Below, in pieces: positions 43,701 to 56,781 of a stretch of DNA of 64,000 nt. The translations under genes were made by a program, and so were the position numbers. Below the pieces are notes generated by a model that made no database searches, had not been told where the DNA came from, and worked only from the letters and a program-made list of their open reading frames with translations. Positions within the stretch are counted from its first letter, which is position 1. Every line of letters begins with the position of its first letter. Source of the DNA: Macrostomum lignano (Eukaryota); assembly GCA_002269645.1 (NCBI GenBank), contig NIVC01002343.1:1-64000 (forward strand), read 5' to 3'.

Positions 43701-45137
43701 TCCTGACTCCCCTCTCCCGTCTCCCCTCTCCCGACTCCCCTCTCCCGTCTCCCCTCTCCTGACTCCCCTCTCCCGACTCCCTCCCTCCCGATTCCCCTCT
43801 CCCGATTCCCCTCTCCCGTCTCCCCTCTCCCGTCTCCCCTCTCCTGACTCCCCTCTCCCGTCTCCCCTCTCCTGACTCCCCTCTCCCGTCTCCCCTCTCC
43901 CGACTCCCCTCTCCCGTCTCCCCTCTCCTGACTCCCCTCTCCTGACTCCCCTCTCCCGTCTCCCCTCTCCCGACTCCCCTCTCCCGTCTCCCCTCTCCTG
44001 ACTCCCCTCTCCTGACTCCCCTCTCCCGTCTCCCCTCTCCCGACTCCCCTCTCCCGTCTCCCCTCTCCTGACTCCCCTCTCCCGACTCCCTCCCTCCCGA
44101 TTCCCCTCTCCCGATTCCCCTCTCCCGTCTCCCCTCTCCCGTCTCCCCTCTCCTGACTCCCCTCTCCCGTCTCCCCTCTCCCGACTCCCCTCTCCCGACT
44201 CCCTCCCTCCCGATTCCCCTCTCCCGACTCCCCTCTCCCGTCTCCCCTCTCCCGATTCCCCTCTCCCGACTCCCCTCTCCCGTCTCCCCTCTCCCGATTC
44301 CCCTCTCCCGTCTCCCCTCTCCCGTCTCCCCTCTCCTGACTCCCCTCTCCCGTCTCCCCTCTCCCGACTCCCCTCTCCCGACTCCCTCCCTCCCGATTCC
44401 CCTCTCCCGACTCCCCTCTCCCGTCTCCCCTCTCCCGACTCCCCTCTCCCGTCTCCCCTCTCCCGACTCCCCTCTCCCGACTCCCCTCTCCCGACTCCCC
44501 TCTCCCGACTCCCCTCTCCCGACTCCCCTCTCCCGACTCCCCTCTCCCGTCTCCCCTCTCCCGACTCCCCTCTCCCGACTCGCCTCTCCCGATTCCCCTC
44601 TCCCGACTCCCCTCTCCCGATTCCCCTCTTCCGACTCCCCTCTCCCGATTCCCCTCTCCCGATTCCCCTCTCCCGATTCCCCTCTCCCGACTCCCCTCTC
44701 CCGATTAACCTCTCCCGATTCCCCTCTCCCGACTCCCCTCTCCCGATTAACCTCTCCCGATTCCCCTCTCCCGACTCCCCTCTCCCGACTCCCCTCTCCC
44801 GACTCCCCTCTCCCGATTCCCTTCTCACGACTCCCCTTTCCTGATTATCTGGTTTTATCCCCTTCTCGCACTTCCCAGTTCCCTATCTTCCTAGTCATAT
44901 CTAAACCAGCCCCATCTATCTCCCAGTTTCCACTTTTCACTTCACCATCCGCCCCGTTCCCTGTGCAGCTGCACGCACACGCGACACCTCAGCACCCCAC
45001 CCACCCGCAGCAAGCGCTGGTGGCCGGTGAAGTACACCTTTGAGGAGGCCGACCAGCCCAAGGAGCCGCCGTTCCGCAACGGCGACGGCGGCCGGGAGAC
45101 CAGGGGCGGCCGGCTCCGCTGGGAGGACTTGGAATGA
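40790..45137 (+). CDS. Candidate small secreted orphan protein; putative exons 40790-40838, 40911-40977, 41402-41442, 45011-45137
   Basis: Signal-like MPRLALLTCLLAALCA with donor GTGAGT; last exon KRWWPVKYTFEEADQPKEPPFRNGDGGRETRGGRLRWEDLE* has G/C at 39 of 41 third positions after a CCCGCAG acceptor; the exon 2/3 join needs one extra G. Confidence 0.5.
41125..41395. repeat. 31-bp minisatellite with internal palindrome TCTACATGTAGA
   Basis: CGGCACCGGGTGTTGGGTTCTACATGTAGAT, about 8 copies. Confidence 0.92.
41705..42792 (+). repeat. 20-bp minisatellite CTGACTGACAGGTGATGTCC
   Basis: About 54 copies with 19-bp variants. Confidence 0.96.
43510..44830 (+). repeat. 14-bp polypyrimidine minisatellite CCCCTCTCCCGACT
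   Basis: About 90 copies. Confidence 0.96.
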
Positions 45138-45324
45138 CACCAACTGGGGCCGGAGCTGACCCGACAGGGTGACTCTGACACTTGCTGACATTTGCTGACA
45201 CTTGACTTTGGAGTTTCTGACAAATATATTGGAGCCGTGCTGAGCGGGCGCCGCAGCAGCTCTGCGTCCTGCATCGAAAATTCTGCTAATATTTGTGATC
45301 TTTTTGCCAATGCGACTGGCCCAC

Positions 45325-45757
45325 CCTGTCTACCTCACCCTGACTACCCCACCCTGACTACCCCACCCTGTCTACCCCACCCTGACTTACCCCACCCTGT
45401 CTACCCAACCCTGTCTACCCCACCCTGACTTACCCCACCCTGTCTACCCCACCCTGTCTACCCCACCCTGACTTACCCCACCCTGTCTACCCCACCCTGT
45501 CTACCCCACCCTGACTTACCCCACCCTGTCTACCCAACCCTGTCTACCCCACCCTGACTTACCCCACCCTGTCTACCCAACCCTGTCTACCCCACCCTGA
45601 CTTACCCCACCCTGTCTACCCCACCCTGTCTACCCCACCCTGACTTACCCCACCCTGTCTACCCCACCCTGTCTACCCCACCCTGACTTACCCCACCCTG
45701 ACTTACCCCACCCTGTCTACTCCACCCTGACTGTCCCACCCTGTCTACCCCACCTAC
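45325..45757. repeat. 14/15-bp C-rich minisatellite CCCCACCCTGTCTA / CCCCACCCTGACTTA
   Basis: About 30 copies. Confidence 0.93.
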
Positions 45758-46300
45758 ATGCAGAATACGAATCTATTCGACTGCATCTGCCGTATCTACC
45801 CCACACTGTACGGTACATCCATACAGCATCAGCTCAACCTAATTAAGTACCTACCTACCCCATCAATTATCCACTCAAATCCCATTGTCAGAAATGGGCA
45901 TTTCCAATTTCAGGCATCCACTTACGACGCCTTTATCCTATCCATTTTATCCCGGCAACTGGCCGCGGCCAAAAATCCAAACCCACCTGCTGCGGGGACT
46001 GCAGCTGCGATCTAACAGGCTTTGGATGGCCGCACTGAGGTGTCAATTAACTCACCTTCCCTTCCAGCCACACTTTCTATTCGTCTCTTTTTCCCCATTT
46101 CCCTCTTCAACTCCCTCCAGCTCTGCGACCCTTTTATCCCCCCTCGGCGCGGCCTGAAAGGCGGTGGCGGCTGCGGTCCGAATTCCGGGCGTGGCGAAAA
46201 TTGAATTGAGGGGCTCAGCGGCCCGGTCTGCGGGCCCCGCTGAAATCCAATGGCGCTCGGATATGAACTCAATTTGGCTGCAGCTTGCCGCCTTTGCCTT

Positions 46301-47525
<1,225 letters not shown>

Positions 47526-47984
47526 GTCTAACTACATAAAGAAGCTGTGAGCAGTCGTACAGAGATTTCTTGGTAACCCCAAGGTATCCAACCATAAGCA
47601 ACTCATTGAGGACCTGCTCAAATCATACAGAAGAAAAGCAGTGAGCTCTCACCGAGGCTACAAAATGGGTGACTACTCAGAAGAGCACGGATGCCATCAG
47701 AACATCAAGGGCTTTGAGCAGGGGTAACAAAGGCCAAGAACATTGCTTTCTGCAGCCTTTGTTCTACAAAGAGCAACTTCTGATTAAATGCCGATGAAGT
47801 AAGAAGCTGTTGGGAAAGAATAATAAAATAATTTTACTAAGCTGAAGTTTTGTTGCAAACTGAAATCAGGAGGTGGAGCAACATTTTTTGCTACAGGCTG
47901 CGTGCTTTTTCCGAATTGTCACTCCTGCATTGAAGCCGACATACGGCTACACGGTGAAAGCATTCCCTGTGAATTCACTGGCAC

Positions 47985-48210
47985 ATTCCCAATTCCCTGT
48001 GAATTCACCGTCACATTCCCAATTCCCTGTGAATTCACCGTCACATTCCCAATTCCCTGTGAATTCACCGTCACATTCCCAATTCCCTGTGAATTCACCG
48101 TCACATTCCCAATTCCCTGTGAATTCACCGTCACATTCCCAATTCCCTGTGAATTCACCGTCACATTCCCAATTCCCTGTGAATTCACCGTCACATTCCC
48201 AATTCCCTGT
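47985..48210. repeat. 30-bp minisatellite
   Basis: ATTCCCTGTGAATTCACCGTCACATTCCCA, about 7 copies. Confidence 0.93.
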
Positions 48211-48683
48211 CTCAGGCCCGGTTTATCCTCCCCTTCAAGGCTTTAAGCTGCCTGCAGGGGTCTGTCCAGCACTTCTTGTTGATTGGCACTTGCCACCGGC
48301 TCCAAAGCAGGCCGCTAATCTGCCGGATTTCTGGCGGCACAATTTTCCCCTTCCCCTTTGAGCGCTTTGGATCTCCCTGATTACCGCGCTGTACATCAGT
48401 GGACTCAGCACAAGATGAGGTGAGCAGTGAGGAAGGGATTAGTGAGCTCAGGCTGCACTCAGCAGAATTAGTCTGGCAGTCACCACCCGGTGGTTAAAAA
48501 TAGCCGCAGATCTGGCGACTGTCTATGGCCGGGAGGGCCTCGGGCCCGCGGTGTACAGTCAGCTCTAGTGAGCGATCTATTCCTAGGCAGCTAACACAGC
48601 TAGCAGCGAGAGCAGTGGTTGGAAAGCACAGATTGGGAGCCCGAGCGGATTCTAAAGTGCACTCAGGCCAGCCAGTCGCCAGC

Positions 48684-50950
48684 ATGACCGGCAGCTCCAG
48701 CATCGTCACCCGCAAGCTCGTGCCGGCACCGGCCGCGCCCGAGTCCCGCAACCTCAACAACCTGGCCAACGTGAACAACAGCTCGCACTACCCGCCGGTG
48801 CCCTACCCCCCACTGGCGGACTCCAGCGACTATGAGGTGCAGGTGCACGTGAACTTCCAGACCAGGGAGATGCGCCTGCTGCGCGTGCAGGGCGTCGCCG
48901 ACACCGAGGGCGCCGACGTGCTGCTGTTCACCAGGCAGAAATGCCGCGCGGACTGCGCGGACAGTGCCTGCCAGGCCTGTCGCACGCAGAAGCTGTACCA
49001 GGACCGCGCTGGCGACCCGCAGGGCTCCGTGCCCTTCACGCCGCACCAGGAGTATCTGTACTGCCTGCGCTTCGACAAGCAGCCCGTCACCGCGCTGCTG
49101 GCGCTGACACCGCGAGAGCAAGACGTTGAAGTGCAGGAGAAGGGCGTCCTGGCCTACTGGTTCATGAAGTGGCTGGAACGGGCCAAGATCCTCAACCCCA
49201 CTGGCGCGGTGGACGAGATCGGCAGCAGGCCGCTCGGCATCAAACCGGTCGCCTCCGCCCCGGCCGAGCCCGCGCCGGTGCAGCAGGCGGAGCCGCAACC
49301 GCCGCCCCGCCGCCGCCGCCCCCGCCAACATCGCTGCCGCCCCCACCGCCACCGCCGCCGCCGCCGTCGGAGGTCGAGGACCCGTACGACCAGCTTAAGG
49401 AGGAGGCACCGCAAGCGGAGGACCAGGCACCGCAAGCAGAGGACCAGGCACCGCAAGCGGAGGACCAGGCACCGCAAGCAGAGGACCAGGCACCGCAAGC
49501 GGAGGACCAGGCACCCGCCACCGAGGAGTGCCCGCACAAGCAGACCAGCGACTACCTGCCCAACATGCAGGTGATCTACCAGGTGAAGAAGGACCAGCTG
49601 GGCGTCGTGCTGCCCAAGCCGGAGCAGCTCACCCGGCCCATCGACATCATTCTGATCTCGCACGAAGAGGGCAACAGCAAGGTGCAGTCGGTCACGATGG
49701 AGCCGGGCGCGGTGAAGAGCGGCAGCAACCTGGTGGCGCTGCGCAATATGGCGTACACCCTGCGGGTGCAGCTGCACGGCCTGGGCCGCCCCGTGGACTT
49801 GCTCGACTTCATCACCGAGCAGAAGATTTTGCGCGTCCAGGAATCAAAGGATGCCCCCAAGCAGCTCAACTTCCTGATGGAGCGCCTCATCGAGCAGCGC
49901 GGCACCTTCGTGCTGCACATCACTTTCGACGAGAAAATCGTGGAGGTCGGCACGAAGCCGCTCGGCGAGTTCTACCTGGACGTCGATGTTGACGCGCACC
50001 GGATGCTGATCGGCACCATCAAGTCGCACGTAGCCAAGCACTACCGCGTGGAGAAGGTGCTCAAGGAGACCAACTCGAACATCCTGCTGGCCGACAAGCA
50101 GCTCGTGTTCGAGGGCGGCGTGGACCCCGACAGCCTGACAATCCGGGAGAGCATCCCCATCGAGCGGATGTCCGACTATCTCATCACGGTGGTGGACCCC
50201 GCCACCAAGCAGACGCTGCCCACCAGCGTGCTGGCCTTCCAGCGCAACGCCCTGTACGTCAAGGAAATCAAAAACAGCGACGTCCGCCTGCACGTGACGG
50301 TGCAGCGGCAGCCCACCATGGTGTCGCAGTCCTCCAACGCCAACAACCGGCGCTCCGCCGCCTCGCCGCTGATCTCCGTGGACCGGCAGGACCCAAGCGA
50401 CCCCAGCTCGGCCTTCCACTGCCCGTTCCGCAGCGGCTGGAACTGCTTCCGCATTCACCACAGCGCCTGCGCCGAGGGCGACCGCCCGCCGCTGTCTTCT
50501 GTCGGCTCCGCCTCGCCCGCCGAGTCCGTCCGAGACGCCGAGACGGCCACCGCGGCCACCGGCCAACTGGCGACATCCTCAACGTCCGAGCCAGTCAGCG
50601 GGCGGCGCAGCTCGACCGCCAAGTCCGCCAGCTTCAGCCTCGACGTCGACCTGCCGGCGCTGAAGGCCCGCCTGCTGCCCTGCGGCGAGGCGGCCGCTGC
50701 CCAGCCTCCCAGATCGGCGCTCTTCATCATCTACGAGGAGAGCTACGACGGCAAACTGCGCTCTACGCCCTGCCACCTGGGCCAGGCCTTCAAGGTGAAG
50801 CACTGGTGCAAGTACACCGTCAAGTGCGTGGAGTCCGACTGCCTGAACCCTCTGCTGACCTTCTGCATCACCGACAAGGAAGTCGCCGACGTCCGCGCCT
50901 GCAGCTCCTCTGTGCGGCTCAGCAAGAGGTTCGTCCACGAGGTCGTCTGA
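48684..50950 (+). CDS. Unrecognised intronless protein of about 755 aa (joins ORFs 48525..49574 and 49169..50950 across a 1-nt deletion near 49305-49308)
   Basis: Strong GC3 bias in the first frame up to QAEPQPPP and in the second frame from the polyproline run onward; ATG in GCCAGCATG context; AATAAA near 51074. Confidence 0.8.
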
Positions 50951-51249
50951 CCCCAGCCGACCCCGCCTGTGTTGCGCCGATTCTGCGACCTATTTTTGAA
51001 TTTGACCGCACAGCATTTGTTTGCCAGTCAGTTTTCTGTTCCTCCAGGTCCCCCCATTATTTTGAACGAAAACAATAAAAACCTCCGCACTTTGCTCTGC
51101 TGGCGAGAATTTTGCGGTTAAATTGGCAGCGCAGTTTATAAAATGTCAATTCTTCTGAAGCCGACAAAATGACCCTCCTGCTCTCGTGTCCCTTGCATGC
51201 CATTTTCAATTTGCTTGGTGGCTTCTTGCAGTCTAATACTTAAAGTCAC

Positions 51250-51662
51250 TCACTCAGTGCGCGATCCGATCCTCAAGTCACTCTACTCAGTGTGCGATCT
51301 GATCCTCAAGTCACTCTACTCAGTGTGCGATCTGATCCTCAAGTCACTCTACTCAGTGTGCGATCTGATCCTCAAGTCACTTTACTCAGTGTGCGATCTG
51401 ATCCTCAAGTCACTCTACTCAGTGTGCGATCTGATCCTCAAGTCACTTTACTCAGTGTGCGATCTGATCCTCAAGTCACTTTACTCAGTGTGCGATCTGA
51501 TCCTCAAGTCACTCTAATCAGTGTGCGATCTGATCCTCAAGTCACTCTACTCAGTGTGCGATCTGATCCTCAAGTCACTCTACTCAGTGTGCGATCCGAT
51601 CCTCAAGTCACTCTACTCAGTGTGCGATCTGATCCTCAAGTCACTCTACTCAGTGTGCGATT
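51250..51662. repeat. 33-bp minisatellite
   Basis: GATCTGATCCTCAAGTCACTCTACTCAGTGTGC, about 12 copies. Confidence 0.94.
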
Positions 51663-52337
51663 TGATCATTGAGTCACCAGCCGTTAGTTGCATGGCAGGA
51701 TCTGATGAATTCAGTTCAGCTGGTGATTCGCTCCCAATGCAGTCCTACTGCCTCATCAAGTGCAGTGTACCAGATAGAACACGGGAACATGTAGGAGTTG
51801 AAGGCTGAGCTGCATCATCACACTCTCTTTCATTATCTCATCAGAAGTAATTGATTCATTATTACAGAGAGCTTTTTTATTACAATTTATTTCCCACGTT
51901 TACAATGCCGTCAGTTTAAAGGCTTTTTTCTGCTTTTACTGCCCTAGATAGGGCCGGGCTTAACTAAAAGCAAGATTTCTATAACCGCTCTTCTAAATTA
52001 ATCGAGTTTAGCACTTTTGTACGCTCCAATATCATGTTTACCGATTGGCAGTCCCCTATGCGGCTTCAATTCCTGGAAAACTTCATTAACCGTTGGCTGG
52101 TTGAACATGCTCCTGTCGGAGAAGCGGTTTGAAGTGGTGTGCAGCGGTTCCGCAGCCCCCCCCCCGTAGCCGCTCCAGTTCCGCTTCTCTATCGATGCCA
52201 ATGGAAACCACGATGTTGTGAAGAGTTTAAGAGAGGTGATCAGTCACTCGAAAACTCCCACTTCTAGACACTGGACAACAAGTGCCTATAGGTATATGCA
52301 AAATCAAACAACTCTCACTGCGGCGGATCCTCTTGTC

Positions 52338-52900
52338 CCTGAATGGGACAGGGACAGCCCACTGAATGGGACAGGGACAGCCCACTGAATGGGACAGGGA
52401 CAGCCCACTGAATGGGACAGGGACAGCCCACTGAATGGGACAGGGACAGCCCTACACTGAATGAATGTGACAGGGACAGCCCTACACTGAATGGGACAGG
52501 GACAGCCCACTGAATGGGACAGGGACAGCCCACTGAATGGGACAGGGACAGCCCACTGAATGGGACAGGGACAGCCCTACACTGAATGAATGTGACAGGG
52601 ACAGCCCTACACTGAATGGGACAGGGACAGCCCACTGAATGGGACAGGGACAGCCCACTGAATGGGACAGGGACAGCCCACTGAATGGGACAGGGACAGC
52701 ACACTGAATGGGACAGGGACAGCACACTGAATGGGACAGGGACAGCACACTGAATGGGACAGGGACAGCCCACTGAATGGGACAGGGACAGCACACTGAA
52801 TGGGACAGGGACAGCCCACTGAATGGGACAGGGACAGCCCACTGAATGGGACAGGGACAGCCCACTGAATGGGACAGGGACAGCCCACTGAATGGGACAG
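52338..52900. repeat. 23-bp minisatellite GGGACAGGGACAGCCCACTGAAT
   Basis: About 23 copies. Confidence 0.94.
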
Positions 52901-52984
52901 CTGGCTCACATCCAATATGTCTTTTCAGCAGGCTCGCATCTCTAGGCAAAAACGAAGACTCCGAATATCCGTCCAGAATCAAAG

Positions 52985-55655
52985 TCCTATATACTAAAAA
53001 TGTGATGTCTATATATATATATGTGATCGATTAGAGAAAAAATGGCTGGACCGATTTTGTTCGAACTTGCACTGTTCGATCAGAAATTTTCCCGTGACGG
53101 TACATGCATCGTGGCTAAGAAATTGCTCGATGCTAAAGGCATTAAATATTCGAAAAACATGCTTTTTTGCAAAGGTCAAGCAAACTTTTTGACTTGAAAT
53201 GCATTGTAAGAATGCTAGAGAAAAAACTGACTGGTTGAATTCTGACTCTGAAATAGATTGCATCATAACTGAATTGTAACTCCGACTTGAATTGAAAATG
53301 CAGTGTGGAAGCGTAGCACCAGACTTGATTTAAATTGCGTAACCATATTGTTAACTGATACTGACTGACTGAGAAACTGATTATGTCATAACTGCTTCGT
53401 GTGATTTACTCTATGCTTGGATTTAAAAGTGTTGAGTTATATAAGTGCAAAAGTTGATGTTATCAAAACGATGAGAGCTAGCCTAAAGGTGAACAAACTG
53501 AACTGCTAAATGCAGTGACGATGGTTTGAATTTTCGATGGTTTGAATTTGAGTATAATTTTTTTAATTAAAGCTTTTCAACGTCAGGAAAACTAAAAGAC
53601 TTTTTAAAAAGAAGCGTCATATAAAAATCGTAGAAGCGTCATGTAAACAATCATAGAAGCGTCATGTAAAAAATCGTAGAAGCGTCATGTAAAAAATCTT
53701 AGAAGCGTCATGTAAACAATCATAGAAGCGTCATGTAAACAATCATAGAAGCGTCATGTAAAAAATCGTAGAAGCGTCATGTAAAAAATCTTAGAAGCGT
53801 CATGTAAACAATCATAGAAGCATCATGTAAACAATCATAGAAGCGTCATGTAAACAATCATAGAAGCGTAAACAATCATAGAAGCGTCATGTTAACAATC
53901 ATAGAAGCGTCATGTAAACAATCATAGAAGCGTCATGTAAACAATCATAGAAGCGTCATGTAAAAAATCATAGAAGCGTCATATAAAAATCGTAGAGGCG
54001 TCATTTAAAAAACCATAGAAGCGTCATGTAAACAATCATAGAAGCGTCATGTAAACAATCATAGAAGCGTCATGTTAACAATCATAGAAGCGTCATGTAA
54101 AAAATCATAGAAGCGTCATATAAAAATCGTAGAAGCGTCATGTAAACAATCATAAAAGCGTCATGTAAAAAATCGTAGAAGCGTCATGTAAAAAATCTTA
54201 GAAGCGTCATGTAAAAAATCTTAGAAGCGTCATGTAAACAATCATAGAAGCGTTATGTAAACAATCATAGAAGCGTCATGTAAACAATCATAGAAGCGTC
54301 ATGTTAACAATCATAGAAGCGTCATGTAAACAATCATAGAAGCGTCATGTTAACAATCATAGAAGCGTCATGTAAACAATCATAGAAGCGTCATGTAAAA
54401 AATCATAGAAGCGTCATATAAAAATCTTAGAAGCGTCATGTAAACAATCATAAAAGCATCATGTAAAAAATCGTAGAAGCGTCATGTAAAAAATCTTAGA
54501 AGCGTCATGTAAAAAATCTTAGAAGCGTCATGTAAACAATCATAGAAGCGTCATGTAAACAATCATAGAAGCGTCATGTAAACAATCATAGAAGCGTCAT
54601 GTTAACAATCATAGAAGCGTCATGTAAACAATCATAGAAGCGTCATTTAAAAAATCATAGAAGCGTCATATAAACAATCATAGAAGCGTCATATAAAAAT
54701 CGTAGAAGCGTCATGTAAACAATCATAGAAGCGTCATGTAAACAATCATAGAAGCGTCATGTAAAAAATCATAGAAGCGTCATGTAAACAATCATAGAAG
54801 CGTCATGTTAACAATCATAGAAGCGTCATGTAAAAAATCTTAGAAGCGTCATGTAAACAATCATAGAAGCGTTATGTAAACAATCATAGAAGCGTCATGT
54901 AAACAATCATAGAAGCGTCATGTTAACAATCATAGAAGCGTCATGTAAACAATCATAGAAGCGTCATGTAAACAATCATAGAAGCGTCATGTAAAAAATC
55001 ATAGAAGCGTCATATAAAAATCGTAGAAGCGTCATGTAAACAATCATAAAAGCATCATGTAAAAAATCGTAGAAGCGTCATGTAAAAAATCTTAGAAGCG
55101 TCATGTAAAAAATCTTAGAAGCGTCATGTAAACAATCATAGAAGCGTCATGTAAACAATCATAGAAGCGTCATGTAAACAATCATAGAAGCGTCATGTTA
55201 ACAATCATAGAAGCGTCATGTAAACAATCATAGAAGCGTCATGTAAAAAATCATAGAAGCGTCATATAAAAATCGTAGAAGCGTCATATAAAAATCGTAG
55301 AAGCGTCATGTAAACAATCATAGAAGCGTCATGTAAACAATCATAGAAGCGTCATGTAAACAATCATAGAAGCGTCATGTAAACAATCATAGAAGCGTCA
55401 TGTTAACAATCATAGAAGCGTCATGTAAACAATCATAGAAGCGTCATGTAAAAAATCATAGAAGCGTCATGTAAACAATCATAGAAGCGTCATGTAAAAA
55501 ATCATAGAAGCGTCATGTAAAAAATCATAGAAGCGTCATATAAAAATCGTAGAAGCGTCATGTAAACAATCATAAAAGCGTCATGTAAAAAATCGTAGAA
55601 GCGTCATGTAAACAATCATAGAGTATAATTTTTTTAATTAAAGCTTTTCAACGTA
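52985..55655 (+). mobile_element. Helitron-like non-autonomous element, copy 1 (3'-truncated)
   Basis: Starts TCCTATATACTAAAAA..GGCTGGACCGATTTT; about 630-bp head near-identical to copy 2; internal 23-bp satellite; no CTAG end found. Confidence 0.65.
53610..55620. repeat. 23-bp satellite AGAAGCGTCATGTAAACAATCAT, array 1
   Basis: About 87 units. Confidence 0.97.
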
Positions 55656-55843
55656 GACGGTAGAAAAGTAGACGGGCAATGTTTGCCAGAAAATGATGAA
55701 GGATGCTGGACCTATTCGGAATTATAGAGTAACTCCCCCCCCCCCAAGAAACTCCACTCATAGCCCAACTGTTTGCTTGCGCTTTTCAAGTAGGGAGCTG
55801 AAGCTGCCCTCTTTGTTGGGCAGCTGAGACAGTCTGCAGCAAA

Positions 55844-55887
55844 TCTATCTATCTATCCATCTATCTATCTATCTATCTGTCTATCTG

Positions 55888-55926
<39 letters not shown>

Positions 55927-55958
55927 GTCTATCTATCTGTCTATCTATCTATCTATCC

Positions 55959-56038
<80 letters not shown>

Positions 56039-56039
56039 G

Positions 56040-56087
<48 letters not shown>

Positions 56088-56088
56088 C

Positions 56089-56135
<47 letters not shown>

Positions 56136-56160
56136 CTATCTATCTATCTGTCTATCTATC
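55844..56160. repeat. (CTAT)n / GATA microsatellite
   Basis: About 79 units directly preceding Helitron-like copy 2. Confidence 0.97.
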
Positions 56161-56781
56161 CTATATACTAAAAATGTGATGTCTATATATATATATGTGA
56201 TCGATTAGAGAAAAAATGGCTGGACCGATTTTGTTCGAACTTGCACTGTTCGATCAGAAATTTTCCCGTGACGGTACATGCATCGTGGCTAAGAAATTGC
56301 TCGATGCTAAAGGCATTAAATATTCGAAAAACATGCTTTTTGCAAAGGTCAAGCAAACTTTTTGACTTGAAATGCATTGTAAGAATGCTAGAGAAAAAAC
56401 TGACTGGTTGAATTCTGACTCTGAAATAGATTGCATCATAACTGAATTGTAACTCCGACTTGAATTGAAAATGCAGTGTGGAAGCGTAGCACCAGACTTG
56501 ATTTAAATTGCGTAACCATATTGTTAACTGATACTGACTGACTGAGAAACTGATTATGTCATAACTGCTTCGTGTGATTTACTCTATGCTTGGATTTAAA
56601 AGTGTTGAGTTATATAAGTGCAAAAGTTGATGTTATCAAAACGATGAGAGCTAGCCTAAAGGTGAACAAACTGAACTGCTAAATGCAGTGACGATGGTTT
56701 GAATTTTCGATGGTTTGAATTTGAGTATAATTTTTTTAATTAAAGCTTTTCAACGTCAGGAAAACTAAAAGACTTTTTAAA

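Noticed and set aside
44937-45191. Minus-strand 84-aa ORF as a gene
   Set aside because: The plus-strand frame has 39/41 GC3 and a good acceptor, so the minus ORF is its shadow.
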